Shown piece by piece: positions 1 to 6,117 of a stretch of 15,340 nucleotides of DNA (position 1 is its first letter; the number at the start of each line of letters is the position of its first letter). Where the stretch lies: assembly GCA_040754495.1 (NCBI GenBank), contig JBFMCO010000029.1, forward strand, positions 1 to 15,340, written 5' to 3'. The notes under the pieces are model-generated. The model did not search any database. It was not told the origin of the DNA and saw only the letters and a list, made by a program, of their open reading frames with translations. Source of the stretch: Candidatus Micrarchaeota archaeon. Lineage in GTDB: Archaea; Micrarchaeota; Micrarchaeia; Anstonellales; Bilamarchaeaceae. Both the position numbers and the translations under genes were made by a program.

Positions 1-152
1 GCGACAAGCGCATCCCGGATGGAGAGGCGAAACGGCAGGTGGTGCTCGCGGCCCTGCGGAGATTGAAGGATGCCGGGAACACCGGAGCGACTCTGGCAGA
101 TATCGTGAGCGAGGAAGCGGAAAAGATGGCGAAAAGGATTGCAAAACCGTAA
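1..152 (+). CDS. 3' end of a hypothetical protein truncated by the window edge
   Basis: Frame from nt 3 is open (DKRIPDGEAKRQVVLAALRRLKDAGNTGATLADIVSEEAEKMAKRIAKP) to TAA at 150-152. No family recognised. Confidence 0.6.
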   Translation, partial: DKRIPDGEAKRQVVLAALRRLKDAGNTGATLADIVSEEAEKMAKRIAKP

Positions 153-193
153 ATCGTTCGAACTTGTGTTTATCAATGGGAAAAAAGGGAATA

Positions 194-227
194 TTTATAT
201 ATTTCAAATGCGCATATGGATTGGTGA
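194..227 (+). promoter_or_regulatory. Archaeal TATA box (TTTATATA 194-201) and GGTGA RBS (223-227)
   Basis: Spacing fits the ATG at 232. Confidence 0.5.
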
Positions 228-231
228 AATT

Positions 232-459
232 ATGACCTCCCAGAAGTTGAAATACGGGATTGCGGCGGTCGCGGTTGTAGGAGCGGCGTATCTCGCCCGC
301 CCATCAGCGTCGCACGAATTTTCAAAGTTCAAAGAACCGGCTGGCCAGGTAACGAGCGCGCCATCCGCGGATATGCCTGCCCCGAGCTATTCCTGGGCAA
401 GCAGGCTTGGCGAGTTCTTTAACACCCACTCGAAAAAGAGCGAATATTCAGGTTTGTAA
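232..459 (+). CDS. Small hypothetical protein with N-terminal hydrophobic anchor (75 aa)
   Basis: Start moved from 139 to ATG 232 because of GGTGA and TATA upstream. YGIAAVAVVGAAYLA is hydrophobic. Confidence 0.6.
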   Translation: MTSQKLKYGIAAVAVVGAAYLARPSASHEFSKFKEPAGQVTSAPSADMPAPSYSWASRLGEFFNTHSKKSEYSGL

Positions 460-503
460 TATGATTTTAGAATATCTAAAACTATTTTAAAAAAGGTGAA
501 AAC

Positions 504-740
504 ATGCAGAGGCTGGAAAATAAAGCTAGGATGAAGCTTCCCGAAAGCTTCAGGCAGCCGGAATGCCCGGAAGGATTTTTGTTTTCCGGAAGAGGGACGA
601 ACCTGAAAACAGGAAAAGAAATTTCGTACCGGGTTCCGGACACGATTTCGAAAAAGGGCCTTGAAGGTCTCCTGAAGAATGTACGTATGCCCATACACCA
701 CGAAGCCATGGTACATGACATTCTGGAGCTATTCGAGTAA
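504..740 (+). CDS. Hypothetical protein (78 aa)
   Basis: AGGTGA RBS just upstream of the ATG. No family recognised. Confidence 0.65.
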   Translation: MQRLENKARMKLPESFRQPECPEGFLFSGRGTNLKTGKEISYRVPDTISKKGLEGLLKNVRMPIHHEAMVHDILELFE

Positions 741-785
741 TTTGAATCGCATCAGATTTAAAACCGGCAAGGCGTACTAGGAAAC

Positions 786-1154
786 ATGGAAAGGGACCTT
801 GTCAACCGCAACTACCACAAACTATTTGCGCTCATCGCTGCGAAGGAAGCCGGGCGCGTTCTTCATCTTTTCGAAAAAGAGCGTCCGAAAGATTGCCGGC
901 CGCGGAAAGCGGTTGAGGCAATCAGCGCATGGGCGCAGGGAAAGCGCGAGCTCGGAATGAAAGAAGTGCGGACGCTATCGCTCGATTCACACGCTGCCGC
1001 TCGAGAAGCGAAATCCGATGCCGCGAGATTTGCTGCCCGGGCTGCCGGCCAGGCTGTAGCGAGCTGGCACGTGCCGACCCATGCCATGGCGGTTCCGATG
1101 TATGCCTGCAAAGCGATCATGGCGAGCAAAACTGGCAATAAAAAACCGCATTAA
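786..1154 (+). CDS. Imm5-like putative immunity protein
   Basis: RVLHLFE..RP.D.RPR.A....AW and AARAAGQAVASWHVPTHA match the Imm5-like family pattern as I recall it. Confidence 0.75.
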   Translation: MERDLVNRNYHKLFALIAAKEAGRVLHLFEKERPKDCRPRKAVEAISAWAQGKRELGMKEVRTLSLDSHAAAREAKSDAARFAARAAGQAVASWHVPTHAMAVPMYACKAIMASKTGNKKPH

Positions 1155-1220
1155 GGCAACCACCTACAGAATACTTTTAGAATTTCTAATATCTTCCTTT
1201 CCTTATCGACGATAAATCCT

Positions 1221-1236
1221 TTTTTCAGGGCAGTTT
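1221..1236 (+). repeat. 16-bp direct repeat, copy 1 (TTTTTCAGGGCAGTTT)
   Basis: Identical to 1700-1715. Confidence 0.8.
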
Positions 1237-1323
1237 CGGGTTAGGGGCTACCCTTGATGGTTGAAACTACTGTGGGGTTAAATGTAGGAAAAAGTTAAAT
1301 ATATCCACTTGAATAATAATCAT

Positions 1324-1695
1324 ATGGTAAGACAAAAGAACGGACCAAAAGACCTCGGTCCTTCCGAATCCAAGCCGCTGGTTTCAGTCTCAGCGACCTT
1401 GAAGCGGGCCGCGGATTTTGCTGCGGTTGTAGGTTTCAAGGGATTTCTCCTGGAATCAATGAAAAGCCTGGACCAGATGAGAATCGAGGATGGGCAGACT
1501 GTAAGAGTAAAATCGAAATTTGACGTCGAATATGAAATACTTTTTGAATTGGCGGGGAGGAAACTGACAATCGCCTGCGCCAATGACCTGCAAATCATTT
1601 ATCTGAAAGAAGGGGAAAAAGTCGAGGTGGCGCTCGATATGTTCGGTGTTTCGCGCGGTGAAATCGAATTCCGAGCAATTACCTCACCCAAGTAA
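1324..1695 (+). CDS. Hypothetical protein (about 123 aa)
   Basis: Long ORF. ATG 1324 preferred over TTG 1309; AT-rich TATA-like GTTAAATATAT upstream. Confidence 0.65.
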   Translation: MVRQKNGPKDLGPSESKPLVSVSATLKRAADFAAVVGFKGFLLESMKSLDQMRIEDGQTVRVKSKFDVEYEILFELAGRKLTIACANDLQIIYLKEGEKVEVALDMFGVSRGEIEFRAITSPK

Positions 1696-1699
1696 ACCG

Positions 1700-1715
1700 T
1701 TTTTCAGGGCAGTTT
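1700..1715 (+). repeat. 16-bp direct repeat, copy 2
   Basis: Identical to 1221-1236; begins 5 nt after the stop at 1695. Confidence 0.8.
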
Positions 1716-1841
1716 TGTTTGATGAAAAATCGCTTCGCGATTTTTGGGTAGTTTTGAGCGTGTAGGCTAGCCTGCCGATGGAAAATTCTGGAGGGTTTTT
1801 GTGGGGGAAGATGGAGAGAAAAGAGAAGAATTAAAAAAGCA

Positions 1842-2243
1842 ATGGAATATCTACCAATCATGCAGAAAGTAAAAACTAGAAGGCACCAATCAGCGTTCCA
1901 AAAAAATGAACTGGACGTTGTAGGAACACGGGGCAAATCCGTGCTTTCTGAAGCTGAAAGAAAGCGTCTGGATTTGATTCTTACGACGGGTTTAGAGGTT
2001 CTTATCCCTTCTCTCGCTAATGCTGTAGTTGCGACCCCGATTGTCTGCGAATATCACTTTAAGTTGGCCCCCGGTGTTTCTAAAAAAGAGCTCGGGGATT
2101 TCATTTCGAAAAAACTGAACGGATCTTCGCTTTGCAATGTAAAAACCAAAAGGGTATTTGGAGTACTGAAACAGGCTGAAAAAGAAGGGCTGGTGGCCGT
2201 GGAGTTGCGCCCTGGATTTCAAATCCCTTCGCCTGATATGTAA
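1842..2243 (+). CDS. Hypothetical protein (133 aa)
   Basis: Longest ORF in the interval with globular-looking composition. The start may be ATG 1860. Confidence 0.6.
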   Translation: MEYLPIMQKVKTRRHQSAFQKNELDVVGTRGKSVLSEAERKRLDLILTTGLEVLIPSLANAVVATPIVCEYHFKLAPGVSKKELGDFISKKLNGSSLCNVKTKRVFGVLKQAEKEGLVAVELRPGFQIPSPDM

Positions 2244-2501
2244 TATCCATACAGTATACCATTTCTAGTGTTTAATAACCATATCAGTAAACCTTCTTTC
2301 CATGCCCATGTGCATTTTTCGCCCCATGGTTCACCATAACAATATTGATTGGTAAAACCTGACCGCGCAATAGGGCTTACACGGGTTAAACTGGGCAAAA
2401 GAATGGAAAATGGGGATTTTGCTATTGTTTTGGAATACTGTGACGATGTTGAAATATTTTTGATTTACTTATATGATGTTATCCACAAGCTATTTTACAA
2501 T

Positions 2502-2987
2502 CTAATTTTTTGTTAAGTTTTCCTGCATAATTATCTTGCACTCTGTCAGTTTTACGGAAACGCAGTCCCTGTCCGAGTGCCCATCACAGACAACTTCGCC
2601 ATTGTAATATGTTGTGTGTGTCAAAAATCTAGAGCCATTTGAATAAGAATATGTAGCATAGCCTGATTTTTTATTATAGTTAGGATTACTGCTTTCTCTT
2701 TCGGTAAAAAGCCTGTATATCCAGATTTTGTTGTCTTTTGCTTCCTGAACCTTCTGGTCACTTACGAACATACCCGATGCATCTTGGAACCGACAATAAG
2801 ACAATTCGATATAACCTCTTTCATAGGAAAGTGATTTGTTTGCTACGTCGTCCGTCAAATGTGATTTGGCTCCGTTGTAACCGTCAAGAATATTCTGTGG
2901 GGCCCCCACGGTTGTGCATCCAATGGTTAAGAAAGCCAGAAAAATACAGGCGAAGCCTATCTTCGGGCACACCATGTAATCCCTCAT
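2502..2987 (-). CDS. Secreted lipoprotein-like hypothetical protein
   Basis: Signal-like KIGFACIFLAFLTIG followed by Cys (lipobox-like). Start is ATG 2987 or 2975; the 3050 start runs through the hairpin region. Confidence 0.7.
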   Translation of the reverse strand: MRDYMVCPKIGFACIFLAFLTIGCTTVGAPQNILDGYNGAKSHLTDDVANKSLSYERGYIELSYCRFQDASGMFVSDQKVQEAKDNKIWIYRLFTERESSNPNYNKKSGYATYSYSNGSRFLTHTTYYNGEVVCDGHSDRDCVSVKLTECKIIMQENLTKN

Positions 2988-3034
2988 ATCCTTTCGACTA
3001 CCTCTTTGATTATTTATCCCCTTCGCCCTCAACC

Positions 3035-3121
3035 ACTTAGCCGAAGGCAAGTTTTGTCAAGTCGGCCAACCCGCGGGGTTGGCAAACAGACTGTTTTGGG
3101 CCGCCTTTTCCTAAAAGGCGG
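3035..3121 (+). other. Hairpin cluster of junction D
   Basis: ACTTAGCC-GAA-GGCAAGT (3035-3052, one bulge), GCCAACCC-GCG-GGGTTGGC (3065-3083), CCGCCTTTT-CCT-AAAAGGCGG (3101-3121). Confidence 0.75.
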
Positions 3122-3146
3122 AATTCTCAATCTCTTTTATCTTTTC
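3122..3146. repeat. Junction repeat copy D (25 bp, AATTCTCAATCTCTTTTATCTTTTC)
   Basis: Exact 25-bp match to copies C and A; overlaps the last codons and stop of the Zn-ribbon ORF. Confidence 0.95.
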
Positions 3147-3306
3147 TGGAACTCTTTTTACCTTTCTTTTTTGGTGCTTTTTCCAGCTGGACAGGCAGCC
3201 CTTTATATCCGCATGAGCACTCTATCTGGCTAACCGGTCTTGAGCGGAATAAAGTCAGATGCTCTGCTGGATTAACTTCCTTCCTGCACTGCGGGCAAAT
3301 CTCCAT
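3127..3306 (-). CDS. Small Zn-ribbon protein (59 aa), absent from the ORF track
   Basis: Hand translation MEICPQCRKEVNPAEHLTLFRSRPVSQIECSCGYKGLPVQLEKAPKKKGKKSSRKDKRD; CxxC...CxCGYxG pattern and basic tail. Confidence 0.75.
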   Translation of the reverse strand: MEICPQCRKEVNPAEHLTLFRSRPVSQIECSCGYKGLPVQLEKAPKKKGKKSSRKDKRD

Positions 3307-3372
3307 GGTAATATTTCCCTCTGCCGGCTTTTATCTTTTTCTAAAGCAGGAAATCCCTGAGTTTGGGTCGCC

Positions 3373-3452
3373 CACGAGCCGGAGGCGAGTGCAACCGACC
3401 GTTTTGGGCCGTCTTTCGCGTCAGTGTGAGCCCGCAGGGCTCACCAACTGAC
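3373..3452 (+). other. Hairpin cluster of junction C
   Basis: CACGAGCC-GGA-GGCGAGTG (3373-3391) and GTCAGTGTGAGCCC-GCA-GGGCTCAC(CA)ACTGAC (3420-3452, 14-bp stem with a 2-nt bulge). Confidence 0.75.
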
Positions 3453-3479
3453 AATTCTCAATCTCTTTTATCTTTTCCA
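3443..3479. repeat. Junction repeat copy C (37 bp)
   Basis: ACCAACTGACAATTCTCAATCTCTTTTATCTTTTCCA, identical to 4916-4952. Confidence 0.95.
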
Positions 3480-3501
3480 AAAGAATTAAGGAATAGTAAC
3501 A

Positions 3502-3615
3502 CTAGCGATAGGCAAGCTCTTTCAGGACGGCTTTTTTGGCATTCATTATGTCCTTGACTACCTGTGAGTCTATGAAGACAGTCTCCTCTTTGCCTTTTTT
3601 GGTTTTTTTATCCAT
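3502..3615 (-). CDS. 37-aa peptide coupled to Doc, putative antitoxin (absent from the ORF track)
   Basis: MDKKTKKGKEETVFIDSQVVKDIMNAKKAVLKELAYR. Its start overlaps the Doc stop by 8 nt. The C-terminal LKELAxR helix resembles Doc-partner antitoxin tails. Confidence 0.65.
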   Translation of the reverse strand: MDKKTKKGKEETVFIDSQVVKDIMNAKKAVLKELAYR

Positions 3616-4090
3616 GTTTCCCACTTATCTCTTTTAGTAAAAACTCCTTTATAAGCCTTCGGAGTTCGTTTGGATCCTTGCCACCTTCCGCTAACCTCAC
3701 GATTTCCTCAGCTTCTTTGGGAGTAGAATCGAGTATAAACTCTTCCCTTGGCAAGAGGTTGATACTGAGCAAAAATAAAGCGCAAATATACGCTGTACTC
3801 TTGTTGCCTTCTGTAAACGGATGCTCGCATGCAATATAATAAAATGTCTCAGTAGCGACGTACAAAGCGTTCTCTCTTGGGTCAGTCTTATACTTATGCG
3901 GCCTATCTGTTAAGGTGTCGTATATATGCCGAATTACCCCCGGGTCCCGGATAGTGGTTGGATCATTTTTACCCATCGCTTTCCGGTCCTCGATGATTAT
4001 GTCGTGAATTAGGATTATTGCGCTTTCACTCAAAATAAGCGTACCGTTGGGAAGCCGCTTTATCTCCAAACGTCTTTCTTTATCTTCCAT
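3608..4090 (-). CDS. Fic/Doc family (death-on-curing-like) toxin
   Basis: Fic motif variant HPFTEGNKSTA, preceded by IRDPG and an A......I...HPF helix typical of Doc. Confidence 0.85.
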   Translation of the reverse strand: MEDKERRLEIKRLPNGTLILSESAIILIHDIIIEDRKAMGKNDPTTIRDPGVIRHIYDTLTDRPHKYKTDPRENALYVATETFYYIACEHPFTEGNKSTAYICALFLLSINLLPREEFILDSTPKEAEEIVRLAEGGKDPNELRRLIKEFLLKEISGKHG

Positions 4091-4095
4091 TTAAC

Positions 4096-4114
4096 CACGA
4101 GTCGCAGGCGAGTG
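4096..4114 (+). other. GNA-loop hairpin of junction B
   Basis: CACGAGTC-GCA-GGCGAGTG; 4095-4116 matches 3372-3393 at 20/22. Confidence 0.75.
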
Positions 4115-4128
4115 CATCTAACAAAAAA

Positions 4129-4152
4129 TCTCAATCTCTTTTATCTTTTCCA
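4129..4152. repeat. Junction repeat copy B (24 bp)
   Basis: TCTCAATCTCTTTTATCTTTTCCA, exact match to copies A and C. Confidence 0.95.
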
Positions 4153-4176
4153 TTAATCTCTTGGAAGTATCTTAAT

Positions 4177-4842
4177 CTATTGGTCAATCACGTCTGGAAT
4201 GGCTTTAATGAATTGCTCTATTACGGGTATAACTTTAGCTGGACCCCTTCCTTCCGTATGCTCAAAATATCCAGAGTCGTTCTTGCCGAATTCTTTTTCA
4301 ATCCCTACTTTCCAGTCTCCGTGTTTCTCGGTCAATTCTCTCAATAGTCTCTGCACCCTTCTCACTATAGGAATGTCATATCCCCTCTCTCCATTTTCAA
4401 AAACATATGTGCCGGTGCAGTAATTTATCCGTTTGCACAGATGTTCCGAACACCAGCCGGCCACTGTCTTTTTTGGAATCCCTTTTGCCAAAGCAAATTT
4501 TATAATCTCATTAATCGTCTTTTTTCCGCAATACTTAGTGTTATGAAGAAAGACTCTCCAGTTTCCATGTTCGTTATTCAGTTCTTCAATAAGCCTTTGC
4601 AAATCAATCAAAGTCGGACTCTCATTCCTTGATATTTTTCGTATTATATTCCTTGCCCTTCCGCTTAATTCGAACAGAGTGCCTTCCGTAGCTCTTTCCG
4701 CTTCCTTCCTTTTTGTTTCAAGATACACTTGAGAAGCCCGCCCTTCGCTGATTCCAAATCTCTTGGCGATAACTGAAAACTTAGTGGCTTCTTCCTCTCT
4801 TAATCTGAAGATTTTAAGATTACGCCGTCGGATGTCTTTCAT
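4177..4842 (-). CDS. Putative DNA-binding protein: sigma70 region 4-like HTH plus RNA polymerase alpha-CTD-like domain, with an internal repeat
   Basis: N-terminal FSVIAKRFGISEGRASQV (HTH). LFELSGRARNII...CGKKTINEI resembles the alpha-CTD/HhH pattern. aa 81-97 and 163-179 share 9/17 identities. Confidence 0.65.
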   Translation of the reverse strand: MKDIRRRNLKIFRLREEEATKFSVIAKRFGISEGRASQVYLETKRKEAERATEGTLFELSGRARNIIRKISRNESPTLIDLQRLIEELNNEHGNWRVFLHNTKYCGKKTINEIIKFALAKGIPKKTVAGWCSEHLCKRINYCTGTYVFENGERGYDIPIVRRVQRLLRELTEKHGDWKVGIEKEFGKNDSGYFEHTEGRGPAKVIPVIEQFIKAIPDVIDQ

Positions 4843-4915
4843 ATGTTCACTTTTATCCGTAATCTATAATTTAAATCAATCGTCTCAATCCTGATCGGGC
4901 TGGAAAACCGAGATT

Positions 4916-4952
4916 ACCAACTGACAATTCTCAATCTCTTTTATCTTTTCCA
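4916..4952. repeat. Junction repeat copy A (37 bp)
   Basis: Identical to 3443-3479; begins 13 nt after the RelE stop on the minus strand. Confidence 0.95.
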
Positions 4953-4965
4953 TCATTCTATTAGA

Positions 4966-5226
4966 TTATTGTTCTCTCAGCCATTTTTCATATTCCTTAT
5001 GATCTCCAACAAAATAAAACCGCCGGACCTTGCTATCTTCAAATGACTTGTAGCAGATCCGATACTGACCTACTTCCTCAACGAAGAAATCAACACCGAA
5101 ACGGAGATGGCGGCCAGGCAAACCCTTTTTTATCTGTTGGATCTTCTTCCAAATCCTTTTTTGGGTATCCGGACTGAGCTTCTCGAAATAGTAATCCCAT
5201 TTTGGATCATACTCCGCACTATACAT
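4966..5226 (-). CDS. RelE/ParE-family toxin
   Basis: 86 aa, basic. F.KL....QKRI.KKI..., GQYRICY and ...FVGDHKEYEKW are typical of archaeal RelE. Abuts the antitoxin stop (TAAATG). Confidence 0.85.
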   Translation of the reverse strand: MYSAEYDPKWDYYFEKLSPDTQKRIWKKIQQIKKGLPGRHLRFGVDFFVEEVGQYRICYKSFEDSKVRRFYFVGDHKEYEKWLREQ

Positions 5227-5502
5227 TTAGACATCTCTTAGATGCGGATATTTTTTCAAAACCTCCTCTTCACTAAGAACTTTTCTTTTTCCAGCAGCAA
5301 TCTCAGCATCTATTTTCTGCATCTTTTGAACCGCAAGTCTATCTAGTTCCTTCTCTTTGCTAAGGTGGTGCTCTCTGTAATCAAGCAAAGCAAGCCTGAT
5401 GGCCTCGGTCCGGCTTGCTGCCCTGCCGCTCCTGACTATCTCCTCGATAGTTTCGGCCACTACCCCGCTAAACTGTGCATGTATATTCATTGTACTTCCC
5501 AT
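5227..5502 (-). CDS. Ribbon-helix-helix (CopG/ParD-like) antitoxin
   Basis: MNIHAQFSG..AETIEEIVRSGRAASRTEAIRLAL is RHH-type; lies directly upstream of RelE. Confidence 0.8.
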   Translation of the reverse strand: MGSTMNIHAQFSGVVAETIEEIVRSGRAASRTEAIRLALLDYREHHLSKEKELDRLAVQKMQKIDAEIAAGKRKVLSEEEVLKKYPHLRDV

Positions 5503-5524
5503 GTATTATTATTGGTATATTAAC

Positions 5525-5531
5525 ATATAAA
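5525..5531 (-). promoter_or_regulatory. TATA box of the RHH-RelE operon
   Basis: TTTATAT about 23 nt upstream of ATG 5502, inside the imperfect palindrome TATATTAACATATA. Confidence 0.5.
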
Positions 5532-5753
5532 TAGCTTATCTTAAACCTGATTTGGGAAAAATTGTGGTGGCGTTGATCTTTCAACCTGAAAATTGTGGAA
5601 AACAATTACTGAACCTTCCCCAAAACCGCCTTGACATTAATATGGGGGGTACCCGCCTGTTTTCGTCCGCTCCTGAGCGAAGCGTGTGCAGTTAATCGCA
5701 GTTTTGCAAAAGTAGCTTATCATATTCCTTTGGGTTTACAAAAAAAAGAAAAT

Positions 5754-5948
5754 TTACTGCTGTTTTGCAAGCAGTTCATCCATTTGCTTCATCATCGCGG
5801 CCTTCTGCTCTTCAGACATGGAAGCCAGCTTGTCGGCGTGCGCCTGCTGGGCGTGCTCCATGGCTTTCCCCCTTACTTCCTCTGCAGTTGCACCCTCGGC
5901 CACAAAATGGCACTCGGGGCTGCCTAATTCCGCGCAACTAAGTTTCAT
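5754..5948 (-). CDS. DUF1059-family small metal-binding protein
   Basis: MKLSC.ELG..C.F...G.T.EEV......HA...H pattern; GGTGA RBS upstream of ATG 5948. Confidence 0.85.
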   Translation of the reverse strand: MKLSCAELGSPECHFVAEGATAEEVRGKAMEHAQQAHADKLASMSEEQKAAMMKQMDELLAKQQ

Positions 5949-6011
5949 TTTACTCACCGGGGTGAGAAAGAACCGAACGTTTAAATGCGTTGCCCACCGT
6001 TTAATGGAATT

Positions 6012-6090
6012 TCCGTCGATTGTGGAAAACGAGGGCTGATTATCCGTCGATTGTAGGAGTTAACTGTCGATTTTTTCGTCCATTGTGGAA
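6012..6090 (+). repeat. Three phased 16-bp imperfect direct repeats
   Basis: TCCGTCGATTGTGGAA (6012), TCCGTCGATTGTAGGA (6043), TTCGTCCATTGTGGAA (6075); spacing 31 and 32 bp. Confidence 0.65.
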
Positions 6091-6117
6091 TTGTTGCACG
6101 GTATTTTCTAAACAAGC

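Noticed and set aside
465-481. Xer/dif site
   Set aside because: Arms of 7 bp with a 3-bp centre do not fit the 11-6-11 dif layout.
1811-1833. Purine tract as an inverted degenerate copy of the junction core
   Set aside because: Needs several gaps and is low complexity.
2479-2487. Perfect DnaA box TTATCCACA (also TGTGGAAAA at 5595 and 6022)
   Set aside because: Isolated 9-mers in an apparently archaeal sequence with no origin context.
2403-2516. 37-codon + strand ORF (MENGDFAIV...)
   Set aside because: No motif or RBS, AT-rich, and overlaps the convergent lipoprotein gene end.
4090-4176. Canonical integron attC (GTTAGAT fits GTTRRRY)
   Set aside because: No complementary RYYYAAC near the upstream stop. 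The other junctions read GTTGGT or CTT, and the hairpins lie on the wrong side of the GTT for attC geometry.
3122-4952. Junction repeats as a CRISPR array
   Set aside because: Spacers are 0.3-0.8 kb, unequal and protein-coding; no cas genes; the ATTGAGAA resemblance to ATTGAAAG repeat ends is superficial.
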